DNA of 64,000 bases from Eledone cirrhosa (GCA_964016885.1 OZ024743.1:330150001-330214000); one strand, 5' to 3'. Positions 40,101 to 55,642 are shown, counted from the stretch's first letter. The notes: generated by a model not told the origin, from the sequence alone. Translations and numbers: made by a program.

Positions 40101-42148
40101 AGAATTGGTGGAGGATTGATGGAGGATTGGTGGAGGATTGGTGGAGGATTGATGGAGGATTGGTGGAGGATTGGTGGCGGATTGGTGGAGGATTGATGGA
40201 GGGTTGGTGGAGGATTGGTGGCGGATTGGTGGAGGATTGATGGAGGGTTGGTGGAGGATTGATGGAGGATTGGTGGAGGATTGGTGGAGGATTGGTGGAG
40301 GATTGGTGGAGGATTGGTGGAGGATTGGTGGAGAATTGGTGGAGGATTGATGGAGGGTTGGTGGAGGATTGGTGGAGGATTGGTGGAGGATTGGTGGAGA
40401 ATTGGTGGAGGATTGGTGGAGGATTGATGGAGGATTGGTGGAGGATTGGTGGAGGATTGGTGGAGGATTGGTGGAGAATTGGTGGAGGATTGGTGGAGGA
40501 TTGATGGAGGATTGGTGGAGGATTGGTGGAGGATTGGTGGAGGATTGGTGGAGGATTGGTGGAGGATTGATGGAGGATTGGTGGAGGATTGGTGGCGGAT
40601 TGGTGGAGGATTGGTGGAGGATTGGTGGAGGATTGATGGAGGATTGGTGGAGGATTGGTGGAGGATTGGTGGAGGATTGGTGGAGGATTGGTGGAGGATT
40701 GGTGGAGAATTGGTGGAGGATTGGTGGAGGATTGGTGGAGGATTGGTGGATAATTGGTGGAGGATTGGTGGAGGATTGGTGGAGGATTGGTGGAGGATTG
40801 GTGGAGGATTGGTGGAGAATTGGTGGAGGATTGGTGGAGGATTGATGGAGGATTAGTGGAGGATTGGTGGAGGATTGGTGGAGGATTGGTGGAGGATTGG
40901 TGGAGGATTGGTGGAGGATTGGTGGAGGATTGGTGGATGATTGGTGGAGGATTGGTGGAGGATTGGTGGAGGATTGGTGGAGAATTGGTGGAGGATTGGT
41001 GGAGGATTGATGGAGGATTGGTGGAGGATTGTTGGAGGATTGGTGGAGGATTGGTGGAGGATTGGTGGAGGATTGGTGGAGAATTGGTGGAGGATTGATG
41101 GAGGGTTGGTGGAGGATTGGTGGAGGATTGGTGGAGGATTGGTGGAGGATTGGTGGAGGATTGGTGGAGAATTGGTGGAGGATTGATGGAGGATTGGTGG
41201 ATGATTGGTGGAGGATTGGTGGAGGATTGGTGGAGGATTGGTGGAGAATTGGTGGAGGATTGGTGGAGGATTGATGGAGGATTGGTGGAGGATTGGTGGA
41301 GGATTGGTGGAGGATTGGTGGAGGATTGGTGGAGAATTGGTGGAGGATTGATGGAGGGTTGGTGGAGGATTGGTGGAGGATTGGTGGAGGATTGGTGGAG
41401 GATTGGTGGAGGATTGGTGGAGAATTGGTGGAGGATTGATGGAGGATTGGTGGATGATTGGTGGAGGATTGGTGGAGGATTGGTGGAGGATTGGTGGAGA
41501 ATTGGTGGAGGATTGGTGGAGGATTGATGGAGGATTGGTGGAGGATTGGTGGAGGATTGGTGGAGGATTGGTGGAGGATTGGTGGAGAATTGGTGGAGGA
41601 TTGGTGGAGGATTGATGGAGGATTGGTGGAGGATTGGTGGAGGATTGATGGAGGATTGGTGGAGGATTGGTGGAGGATTGGTGGAGGATTGGTGGAGGAT
41701 TGGTGGAGAATTGGTGGAGGATTGATGGAGGGTTGGTGGAGGATTGGTGGAGGACTGGTGGAGGATTGGTGGAGGATTGGTGGAGGATTGGTGGAGGATT
41801 GATGGAGGATTGGTGGAGGGTTGGTGGAGGATTGGTGGAGGATTGGTGGAGGATTGGTGGAGGATTGGTGGAGGATTGGTGGAGGATTGGTGGAGGATTG
41901 ATGGAGGATTGGTGGAGGATTGGTGGAGGATTGGTGGAGGATTGGTGGAGGATTGGTGGAGGATTGGTGGAGGATTGGTGGAGGATTGATGGAGGATTGG
42001 TGGAGGATTGGTGGAGGATTGGTGGAGGATTGGTGGAGGATTGGTGGAGGATTGATGGAGGATTGGTGGAGGGTTGGTGGAGGATTGGTGGAGGATTGAT
42101 GGAGGATTGATGGAGGATTGGTGGAGGGTTGGTGGAGGGTTGGTGGGT
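37191..42148. repeat. 11-bp G-rich minisatellite (GGTGGAGGATT)n, ~450 units
   Basis: Direct 11-bp periodicity over ~4.95 kb. Confidence 0.98.
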
Positions 42149-42583
42149 TTTCTGGTGAGATTGGATGAAATTGATACTTTTACAATATAGAGGGCTTTGT
42201 TTGAGCTGTACACACACGTATACATCTCAGACAACAACATGCACATATATGTATACACACACACACGAGCACAAATTTACATGTGCACACACACGTAAAC
42301 AGACACACACACACAAGCACAAGTTGACATATGTACACACGCTCTTATACAAGTACAAGTAAACATACATAATACACACACTTACACACACGTAAACATA
42401 GACTTACAGATACACACACACACATATACACACAAGCATATGTTGACATACGCATACACACGAGCACAAGTAGACATTTGTACACGTTCATATTTATATA
42501 TATATATGTACATATATATACGTGTGTGTATATGTATACGTGTGTATATATATGTGTGTATATATATACGTGTATATATATAC

Positions 42584-42659
<76 letters not shown>

Positions 42660-42806
42660 AAATAGGATTTCGCTTCAAGCATAGCTTCATACAATATGTA
42701 AAAATATTTCATATCTCCAAAGAAATACAGTTTTAGGAAGCCGTAGCAATGCAAACACCGGGGGGCTAACGCCCTCTGGTGATGTCCAGCAGAAGGAATG
42801 GGCCCA

Positions 42807-42850
42807 ACCGCCTTTGCATTTCAGGCTTTACTGGCCTTCGTCAGGACGGT
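42807..42850 (-). ncRNA. Hammerhead motif, inverted copy with mutated cleavage triplet
   Basis: ACCGTC-CTGACGA-AGGC/GCCT-GAAA-TGCA-AA-GGCGGT on the minus strand. Confidence 0.6.
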
Positions 42851-43157
42851 CCCTCCCACCGCTTGCGATTGCTGGACTAGAAGACAGCTGAGAAAATATA
42901 CTTTTCTCGTCTGCGTTAGCCCCCCGGTGTTTGTATAGCTACGGCTTCCTAAAACCGTATTTCTTTGGAAATATGAAATATTTATACATATTGTATAAAG
43001 CTATGCTTGAAGTGAAATCCTATTTCTTTTTTATTATAAGTTGAGCCAACTTATGCAGCTTCATATGCAAATGAGATTAATCACCTCATTTACACAGACG
43101 GGAAAAGTATATATTCTCAGCTGTCTTCTAGTCTAGCAGTCGCAAGCGGTGAGAGGG

Positions 43158-43201
43158 ACCGTCCTGACGATGGCCAGTTAAGCCTGAAATGCATAGACGG
43201 T
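43158..43201 (+). ncRNA. Minimal type I hammerhead ribozyme
   Basis: ACCGTC-CTGACGA-TGGC/GCCT-GAAA-TGCA-TA-GACGGT, with a 6-bp stem I. Confidence 0.8.
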
Positions 43202-43481
43202 GGTCCCCCTAGTGGACACCACTAGAGAGCGTTAGTCCCCCGGTGTTTGCATAGCTATGGCTTCCTAAAACTGTATTTCTTTGGAGATACGAAATATTTT
43301 TACATATATATATATATATATATATTAGTACCCTTGAAATACATATATTAAAATAAATATGGTTTTGTAAAGATGTTTTCCATTTATTAATATTGTTAGA
43401 TTGTTAATATTAATTGTAGAGTGCTTCTAATCTGTTGTAAAATTAACTTTGGTAAATAATCAACAAACCATATAACTCATT

Positions 43482-43518
<37 letters not shown>

Positions 43519-43519
43519 G

Positions 43520-45663
<2,144 letters not shown>

Positions 45664-46222
45664 TAATTGAGTTCTTAACACGCAGGATTGATATTGTTTT
45701 TGAAAAAACTAATTAACCCACGTGTATATTATTTTACTTTCTTGTGACTCGCGATTGCCTCCCCTTTCCGCTTAGTGACGCTATGATATTCCTCAGTTTA
45801 AAGACTGCTGGAATTTCAAATTAGCCGGTCATTTGATGCGTGAAGGGACGACTTAGCGGACACGAAAAATAACTGCGGTAAGAAATGTTTTCTTATATCA
45901 AAGTTTAATAGGCATCCACTGATGATTTATAAGTACCCACCTGCATATGTTCTTACAGAAAAAAATGTGTAGGCTTCTACATAAACCGGAAACATTCTCC
46001 CAACTTGTAGAAAACTTATAATGAAACAATTGTTTGGAAAGAGAGATATATTTTAATTTTAATTATATCTCATATAAAATAATACAACTGGCTTTCCACA
46101 AAATACATATAGTTAGCACCCCAAACACAAAATTGGGATTATACTAACGTATATCCTAATGTTTGTTGAGTGAGATGGTTACCAGTCAGAGTTTAGCTTA
46201 AAGCTTTCCCTGTTATTGTATT

Positions 46223-46334
<112 letters not shown>

Positions 46335-46527
46335 CAATACCGCAAAATATACCGAACAAATTTATATATATAATATATATATATATAATATATATGCAAA
46401 GGTTTTATTTAAAATTGTAGGGTTACACCGAGTAAATATTTTATAACTGATATAAAAGCACTCAACAAGTTTTGGAGTAGGTTTACGATATTAAACAAAT
46501 GTAAACTATATTTATAAAACCATATTT

Positions 46528-46591
46528 ATTTCATTATATATATTTCAGGGATACCATATTAAAAATATGGTATGCCTTCCTCAGACAAAAT
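46528..46591 (-). ncRNA. Hammerhead ribozyme in the inverted pseudo-LTR
   Basis: Reverse complement of 47135-47198. Confidence 0.75.
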
Positions 46592-47134
46592 ACAATATAT
46601 AAACCGTTTTATAAATAAATTTGACATACCTAGAACAGTGCAACTTCCATTTAAAAAGTTGATTTGGTAGTGAAAATGTTGAGGACAGTTAAAAAGAAGG
46701 ACGAAGAGAAAAAAGAAAAAAGAAAAAAAGAAGAAAAAAGAAAAAAAAAGAAGAGAAGAAGAAAGAAAGTGTATAGTGCTAAGGAACAGTTAGAGAAGAA
46801 GATGAAGAGATGTATGTAAAGAAAACAACAGAGCGAGATAGAGAGAAAGAGATATGGGAGAGAGAAATATATTGAGGAAGTGAAAAATGAAAAATGATAG
46901 GCAGCTTGGAGACAGATGATCAGCGTACAAATGAGATATTAAGGAGGGAAGAGGGTACTGTAATTATTTATTTATTTATTTATTTATTTATAGTGTTAAG
47001 GATACGGAGAGAAATAAGATAAATAAAGAGAGGTAGAGAGAGATATACATTTTCACTACCAAATCAACTTTTTAAATGGAAGTTGCACTGTTCTAGGTAT
47101 GTCAAATTTATTTATAAAACGGTTTATATATTGT

Positions 47135-47198
47135 ATTTTGTCTGAGGAAGGCATACCATATTTTTAATATGGTATCCCTGAAATATATATAATGAAAT
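47135..47198 (+). ncRNA. Hammerhead ribozyme in the 5' pseudo-LTR
   Basis: ATTTTGT-CTGAGGA-AGGCATACCATAT/ATATGGTATCCCT-GAAA-TATAT-ATA-ATGAAAT. Confidence 0.78.
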
Positions 47199-47381
47199 AA
47201 ATATGGTTTTATAAATATAGTTTCCATTTGTTTAATATCGTAAACCTACTCCAAAAATCTGTTGAGTGCTTTTATATCAGTTATAAAATATTTACTCGTT
47301 GTAACCCTACAATTTTAAATAAAACCTTTGCATATATTTTGCTCCAATACTGTTGAGCGCTTTATATTATAACTGAAAAAA

Positions 47382-49594
47382 ATGGAATTCTTTAAGATCT
47401 CCTCTTCTCTAAAAGACATACCTCTACCTAGAAACAAGGACTTTATTAAACAACTAATAGATAAATCAGACTCTTTTATAAGGAGAATCAGGTGGCGTGC
47501 ATTCCACTTTGATAAATCTAATATAAATGAAAATGTCTCAGACTTAGACAAAGTTTTCAAATCTAAAAAAAATCCACCCCCCCAACAAACTTTTAATTGA
47601 TTTTGAAAACGATATAATTTCTATCATACAAGGGGTCAAATTCAAGAGAAACTTCAAAGGCCAGGAATATCTGAAAAGCATTAAGGATAATATTGTGAGC
47701 TTAGAGAGAACAGAGAAGATCTTGGTGAAATCGGACAAAACCAACAACCTCTATGGAGTGGAAAAAGACATGTATAATGGCCTCATACTGAAAGAACTAA
47801 GAAAAAAGTACAAGGTAGCAGATAAGGCTGAACTTGAGAAAATGAATGTTGAGGCATCTTGTATAATGCATGAGTTGGAAATTGAGAACAAAACACAACC
47901 TTTCGTGCCCAGGAAACCCAAGATCAATATGAAAGATCACAAAAGGAATTTTGAAAATGACTTGCCAGTCAGATTGATTGCACCATCAAAATCTGACCTG
48001 GGTAAGCTTAGCAAAAACATTCTAGACAGGGTGATACAGCAAATTAAAAACTTGAACTGTTTACCTAACTTGACCTTGTGGAAGGGAACTGGGGAGGTCA
48101 TTGAGTGGTTTAATGAAATTAAATATAACAATAATAATAAATTTATTCAACTATATATTGCTAACTACTATTCATCTATTACCCCTAATCTACTAAATAA
48201 GGCTCTAAATTACGCATTCAAACATACAGACCTAACTAGCAATGAAATGCACATTATATTATCGGCAAGGAAAACATTGATAGAATTTAATAACCAACTA
48301 TGGACTAGGGCAGATAGAGATAATAATTTTGACATTACTATGGGATCATCCGACTCAGCTCAGGTAACGGACCTTGTGGGCCTATTTATAATTAATTCGC
48401 TGCATAGGAAAATACCCGGTGTTACCGGAGGATTATATAGAGATGACATGCTTTTACTTATTGAAAATAATAACTCTGAACTAAATAGAAAAAGAAAACA
48501 AATTATACAATTTTTTAATTACCTTAATCTAAAAATAGAAATTGAGAATAACCATAGAATAGTCAATTTCCTAGATGTAACATTAAATCTCAACACATGC
48601 CTTCACTATCCATTTCACAAGTTAAATGAAAACTTGAATTATGTCAGTTTTAGCTCTAATCACCCCAGATCTGTCAAAAATACTATAGTGAACTCTGTTC
48701 AAAAACGTATCTCTAGAATCTCATCTAATAAAAATATTTTCGACGAAAAAGCCCAGTATTACAATGAAGCGTTAGCTAGAGCAGGATATAGTGATAAAAT
48801 TATGTACATCGATAATAGACAAACTAACCGAAATAACAACAATTTTAATCACAGTAACAACTTTAACAACTATAATAGAAAGCATTACAATAATTCCAAA
48901 AACCAGAAAAGAAATAGAACTAGAAATATAATATGGTTTGCCCCCCCCCCCTTTCTCACTAAACATTAAAACCCACATCGCTAAACTAGTTTTTAATGCT
49001 CTTGACAAACGCTTCCCTAGAACACATAAGTATCACTCAATTTTCAATAGACATACTATAAAATTAACATACTCGTCCACCAAAAATTTAGCACAAAATA
49101 TTAATAGAATAAATAATAGGAATCTAAAACCTAGCTAAAATACCGAAAATAGCCTAAACAATATTCAAGTAAACAACTGTAACTGTAGAGATAGATCTAA
49201 ATGTCCGCTAAATAACAATTGCTTAGTTAAAAATATAATATACAACTGTAATGTTAAAACTGACTTAAATTCTTTTAATTATGTTGGTTCCACCTCGACA
49301 GAATTTAAACTTCGCTATAATAATCACAAGAATTCTTTCACTGATCCAAATAAAAAATCTTCAACATCACTATCAGGTTTACTCTGGCAACTTAAACATG
49401 ATACCGTTGGATATTCGATGGTTTGGAATATAGTCTCAAAAGGGATTCCTTTTAATTCCTCTTCTGAAACATGTGACCTCTGCGCGGAGGAGATATTCTT
49501 TATACTAAAATCTAAAAATTCCCTTAATTTATTCAGTTGCTGCAGACATAGATTGAACTCAACTTTTAAATATAAATATAAATTTAAAATGTAG
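47382..49594 (+). pseudogene. PLE RT plus GIY-YIG polyprotein, frameshifted
   Basis: N-terminus SLKDIPLP...IRRIRWRAFHF; RT KDHK, TMGSSDSA, GLYRDDML, FLDVTL; CNCRDRSKCPLNNNC; IIY...YVGST...FKLRYNNH. Frameshifts near 47585 and 48950, stop at 49136, and the motif-A Asp reads Tyr (LYIANYY). Confidence 0.9.
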
Positions 49595-50685
49595 TATATT
49601 TACTTAAGATATTTAACTATTTATGAAACTTGCCGATAAATATTTCGATTCCTTCAATTTTTTTTAAAAAACCTTCTGCATGAGTATATAAATTAATAAG
49701 ATTAATTAAAGTACCCTATAATGGTGATGTTCCCAATCTATTGAATACATTTTTAAGCTAGATAAACTTCTATAATAAATATAAGAGCATTTGTAGAATA
49801 AATTTTTTTTTTTTTGAATGACTTCTGCTAGATAAGGTTTGTTGAATAAATTTTGGTTTAGTTTACTTTTGATTCTGATTGCTTATAATGAACTTGACAA
49901 TATATTGTCAAATAAATTTGAAGGGTGGTTTTCTGTGGTCGATATGCGTGGCATACTATGTTTTTATTGCGTCCCTAGTTACTCTGTGGAGTGACGAAGA
50001 TATTCTTGGCGTTTTTAATATATTTTTTTTAATATATTTTTTAATATATTTTTAATATATTGATATCTGTTGTCTATTCTATGCTTGAACGATAATCATG
50101 TAAGTGAGGGCAGGAATATTATTATTAATATTAATGTACACTTTATGTCTATATATATATATATGTATGTACATATATGTATGGTGGAATCTTTTGTAAC
50201 GCAATGAAGCTTTTCATGAAAATATGAATTTACAGAGCCGATCACGTAAATTCACATGTGTGTCCATAATTGTCAACTTGAATTTGAGATAACCTTCTCT
50301 TTTCTCTTTTTCTTTTTTCATGAAAATACATATATACTTATGTATTTCAGTATTTTTGAAGTTTTATCTCAGATTTTGCTTATAAACCTATGAATTTTTA
50401 AACTAAACATGGGGTCATTATTTTTTTCATTTTTCACACATTATTGATATGTGTCTCATTCATGAATATTGATAATTCATATGGACGAGACATAATATTT
50501 TAAATATATCAACTTTCTTTTTTTTCTCCTCTACACTTGACGGGATTTATATATCGGCTGTTTTTAACTGTATCTCTCCCACCTCGTATGATAGATATTA
50601 CTCGATCTACCTCTTTTCTCCCACCACATATATCTCTCTCTACCTCTCTTTATTTATCTTATTTCTCTCCGTATCCTTAACACTA

Positions 50686-50730
<45 letters not shown>

Positions 50731-51106
50731 ACAGTACCCTCTTCCCTCCTTAATATCTCATTTGTACGCTGATCATCTGTCTCCAAGCTGCCTATCATTT
50801 TTCATTTTTCACTTCCTCAATATATTTCTCTCTCCCATATCTCTTTCTCTCTATCTCGCTCTGTTGTTTTCTTTACATACATCTCTTCATCTTCTTCTCT
50901 AACTGTTCCTTAGCACTATACACTTTCTTTCTTCTTCTCTTCTTTTTTTTCTTTTTTCTTCTTTTTTTCTTTTTTCTTTTTTCTTTTTTCTCTTCGTCCT
51001 TCTTTTTAACTGTCCTCAACATTTTCACTACCAAATCAACTTTTTAAATGGAAGTTGCACTGTTCTAGGTATGTCAAATTTATTTATAAAACGGTTTATA
51101 TATTGT

Positions 51107-51170
51107 ATTTTGTCTGAGGAAGGCATACCATATTTTTAATATGGTATCCCTGAAATATATATAATGAAAT
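51107..51170 (+). ncRNA. Hammerhead ribozyme in the 3' pseudo-LTR
   Basis: Identical to 47135-47198. Confidence 0.78.
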
Positions 51171-51212
51171 AAATATGGTTTTATAAATATAGTTTCCATT
51201 TGTTTAATATCG

Positions 51213-51304
<92 letters not shown>

Positions 51305-51393
51305 TATAATTAGTTACAACAGTGACTATATCTATAAATTAAAGTTTAGTGTTAGAGAGACAAAGAGCGAAAGAGAGGTGGAGAGAGAGAGGG

Positions 51394-51464
<71 letters not shown>

Positions 51465-51982
51465 TGGAGAGAGAGAGAGAGAGAATGTGTGAAGCTAGAA
51501 AGAAAGATTAATGGTTCAGTAGATTTAGATGAATTGTGTAAAACTGATGACAGTATTGTTGTGAAATGTTAAATCTTTCAAACGGTTTAACTGTCTTCAA
51601 GGTGCCAACAATGATTTACTGCTAAATCAAAGATGGCTACACATAGAGAGAAATGGAATCTTCTAAAAATTCATTGGAACAATGAAGATATCTTACGTTT
51701 CTACATTGACTGGCTGACCTCATGGAGATACTACAGATAATTTAGAAGCAACCACCAAACGTTGAAGATCAATATGGCATTTTAAATGTTTGACATATTA
51801 GTATGTTGGACTACTTACCTACCTATCTCACCCATCCAGATAATCATGGGTTTATCTTCGATTTTCTAGCATCCTCGTTCTCCGAATTTTACTCTTCTCT
51901 GATGAACGTCTAAAATCCAATATGTTAAGCAATTCCTTTTCCAAGAAGCATGAAACTAATAATCGTGAAATAATACATGTGA

Positions 51983-52060
<78 letters not shown>

Positions 52061-52230
52061 TTCCCACCAAGATCTATTTGAAACAGGGGTGGATGTCTAG
52101 TCTTTTAGATTAGCTGGGTAAGGTTGCTTATTAACTCTTCCATGTTCGTATTTCTAATGAAAGAATTTTGAGGGATTTACTAAAATTATTAATTATTTTA
52201 TTTTTAAGATAGAAAGTTAATGTAAGGTTC

Positions 52231-52315
<85 letters not shown>

Positions 52316-52448
52316 CAATACCGCAAAATATACCGAACAAATTTAACAGCTAACTGTCCCGAAGGTTAAAGACGTGAGATTAAAACTATAATTTCGGGGT
52401 TGCTGTTGCCCCCCTCTCTCTATCTCTCTCTTTCTCTTTTCCTCTTTC

Positions 52449-52509
<61 letters not shown>

Positions 52510-52978
52510 ATCTATCTATCTATCTATCTATCTCTCCCTCACAAACACATACGTGCACACATCGTCTTAATCACTGTCTTACCACTCCCTTTCCACTGGG
52601 TGACAGGCGTTTTTTACCGCAGATATACCAGCTTGAATATAATAGATTTTGATGTTTAACAGCTTAGTGAGAAAAGGGAGGACAGCAGGCATGATCCATT
52701 TTGAACCCACTACGACTGATGGAAAAAAGAAAGAAGGGCCGGGAGGAAGGAAGTTATCATCAGGCTGCATATATTAACCAAATGCTTGCAACCGTGTAGT
52801 TTTTGTTGGACATCCGTCTGTTCCGACAACAACTGCTTGAATGATTTCAGCAATGGGGCAGCTGACTTGGGAAATTAATGACCAGTGAGGAACTGGAATC
52901 ATATGTTATGATTCAAGTTCCTCAGAGGAATAACAACACAACCAGGAGCTGGACATATAGATGTATTGACGGAGTAAA

Positions 52979-53130
52979 ACACACTTCAACAACATGTGTA
53001 CCTGTCTTTCCCACACCAATTCGGACTGCCTGAAGAGGTCACAGCCAATGATGGCTGTCACCGAAATATATATACCAGTATACCTATAATTTATAATAAA
53101 CGAAGCCAAATTTTATATATTTGACTTAAT
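52979..53130 (+). mobile_element. HHR-bearing PLE 3' terminus, same family as 33317-33455
   Basis: ACACTTCAACAACATGTGTACCTGTC...TTTGACTTA is shared with the 33.3-kb copy. Confidence 0.8.
53026..53078 (+). ncRNA. Hammerhead motif (second copy of the 33363 family)
   Basis: CTGAAGA core, stem II ACAGCCA/TGGCTGT, GAAATATATATA. Stem I has one mismatch (CCAG). Confidence 0.65.
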
Positions 53131-53229
53131 TATTTTACATTACTCCGGAGTAAACAAACCAACTTGCGTACTTCGTCGAGTGCTCCAGTCTGCATACTGT
53201 GTCGGTAAACAACCAACATATACTCAAAA

Positions 53230-53290
<61 letters not shown>

Positions 53291-53430
53291 TCAGTTACTG
53301 GGATCGTTATGTATGTATGTATATATGTATGTATGTATGAATGGTTGTATGTATGTACACATATATATATATACACACACACACACGCACACATATATGA
53401 ATCTCCATCACTCGATATATGTATATATAT

Positions 53431-53911
53431 CTATCTAAGGCGGGTAAAATTCCCGAGATCCATGGACGAGTTCTCTCTGTCCCTCATTATCGCTGCCATG
53501 TCCTGCGTCTCCAACAGACCAGTGTCTGTCCTTAGGGCTTCAACATACGTTAACCTTGGTCTTCCTCTTCTAGTGTGTCCATGTAGGGGCTCCCAAAGGA
53601 GCACTGAGTGCAATGTCAACTCTGGATATCAACTCTGGGCGGCGTGCCACAGCTTGAGATCGGTGTGGAAGTCGGACCTTCGTAGAGACCTGAAAGTCCG
53701 CCTCTTCATTGCTGTAGTGGAGTCTGTGCTGCTGTATGGGTCTGAGACTTGGACACTGACCAAGAAACTCACTCAGATGGTGGATGGGTGCTACACGAGA
53801 ATGTTGAGGATGGCTCTGAACATTAATCAGTATACACTGAGGATGAAAAACTCAGAGCTGTATGGGAGCATCCCAAAAGTCAGCTCAAAAGTGACACAGA
53901 GGAGACTGAGG
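53431..53911 (-). mobile_element. RTE-type LINE 3' fragment with 5' inversion
   Basis: Minus strand 53431-53612 encodes [20 protein letters not shown]...MRDRE (RTE C-terminus). Plus strand ~53635-53911 encodes the upstream part ([14 protein letters not shown]...YTRMLR...QRRLR). Confidence 0.85.
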
Positions 53912-53954
53912 TATATATATATACATACGCATACACACGCGCACACACACACAT

Positions 53955-54012
<58 letters not shown>

Positions 54013-54027
54013 GTGTGTATACTTATG

Positions 54028-54064
<37 letters not shown>

Positions 54065-54073
54065 ATACGTATG

Positions 54074-54140
<67 letters not shown>

Positions 54141-55199
54141 TAAAATAACAGATTAAAGTTTAAGCAAAGAATCGCTGCTTTCACCCAATATTTGCTCTAC
54201 GGTTCTTATATATTTGATATACATTTTCCTTATCGAGCCCTCTTTGGATTTTAGTCTTCAATTTTATTATTATTACTATATATATATATATATATATATA
54301 CGGAGTGACGGAGAGAGAGAGATAGAAAGAGTGGTGCTTGCAGTACTACATACCTTCGTACTTACATATATTCACTGTTTGCAGGTATTTACTAATCTAT
54401 AATCTTTAGTTGAAACATCTTAGTGAAACGGAAATGCAAACTACATGACGTCATCTTCCTTCCATCTTATCAAAATTGCCAAGGGAACCGATGAATACTG
54501 AATATTGAATAACGAATTGAAAAATCGCATGTCAGTATCCTTCCGGTTGAAAAGACCAAACAGAATATAATAACATACATGTTTTATATAGTTTATGCAT
54601 ATGTTGTTGATGTTGTTACTGTTGGGCTTCCGTCAGTTTCGACGACGAGTGTTACACTTGCTCGATGAGCGGTGATAGCAATATGCAAGTGACTGACATG
54701 TTATGTACGTTTAAATTAGTTTTCAGGGAGATTCGGCGTGACACAGTGTGTGACAAGTCTAGACCCTCTGCATTACAACCACTCTCGGGTCCTAAATTAT
54801 ATTGTGTGAGGGTGAAAGACGTGGGCTGGAGGTAGGGGTGAAATTCGGTGATTTGTTTGTCTTATCTCAGTTGATTAAAAAAAAACCAGAATTAGTCATT
54901 TAGTTTACATATTGAGACCCCAGCCCATCCTATTTATTTTATAACGTATGGGATTTCTAGTAATGTACATTTTTGTGACATGTATAATGTTTTTAATGTC
55001 TAAAGAAAATTAATTGTCTCAGGAATGCTACTACATAAAATAAAATTTCGCCAAAAATAGATGAGTAAAATTTAATAAACAAGAGGATGGGGGTTCGAAA
55101 AAATCTGAAAAATTAATAAGCTGGGGTGGGGAGCAATTATTCAAAACCCGGGTGAACCGATCTTCTTGTACTATAGTGAAGGGAACTGAATGTTCCACG

Positions 55200-55540
55200 A
55201 TCATGTGTACGGTTAATGTAGTGCTCAGGGAGATGTGGCGCGACACAGATTGTGACATGTCTAGTCCCTTAAATTACATATCATCTTGTACTAGAGTGTA
55301 GGGAGCTGAGTGTTGCAGGAACATGTGTGTGCACAGTTAACATACCTCTCAGGGAGATTCAGTTTGAGACGGAATGTGACATGGCTGGTCCCATTCAATT
55401 ACAGATACAACCCATTGTTGCCAGATGAATTGATTGAAGAAACGTGAAACAAATATCTTGCTCAAGGACACAACGCACCACCGGGAATCGAACTCAAGAC
55501 TTTATGATTGTGAGCCAAACGTTCTCACCACTGATCCACG
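55200..55540 (-). mobile_element. tRNA-derived SINE (second family) with duplicated 3' segment
   Basis: TCTTGCTCAAGGACACAACGC...GGGAATCGAAC, matching 20878-21092. Confidence 0.7.
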
Positions 55541-55642
55541 TTTGAGCGTATCATACACTAGGAAATATATTAAGTGTCCATCTCTGAATGGAATGTTGGT
55601 CCAACATGGTATGGTAACTCTGCTGGTGTTCTCCTTTATTAT

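Larger units (their letters stand above)
42656..43306 (+). mobile_element. Retrozyme-like non-autonomous element: ~316-nt unit in partial tandem plus an inverted copy
   Basis: GCGTTAG..CCCGGTGTTTG at 42913 and 43229. 42656-42912 is an inverted copy. One HHR per unit, no ORF, (TA)n flanks. Confidence 0.7.
46394..51213 (+). mobile_element. Near-complete Penelope-like element (Naiad-like) with direct pseudo-LTRs and a 5' inverted pseudo-LTR
   Basis: Direct repeat 47048-47242 = 51020-51213. 46394-47047 is an inverted copy of 50630-51213 plus 47240-47333. Internal RT-EN ORF. Confidence 0.92.

Noticed and set aside
38818-42264. 1148-aa and 454-aa ORFs (PPILHQSSTN repeats) and the many EDWWRIGGGL ORFs
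   Set aside because: Translations of the 11-bp array. The unit is not a multiple of 3, so all frames give the same peptide, and the C-rich strand lacks stops by composition.
49170-49230. Selenocysteine (UGA) recoding reported for some Naiad elements
   Set aside because: The Cys positions in both CxCx5Cx5C motifs (here and ~26070-26115) are ordinary TGT/TGC codons.
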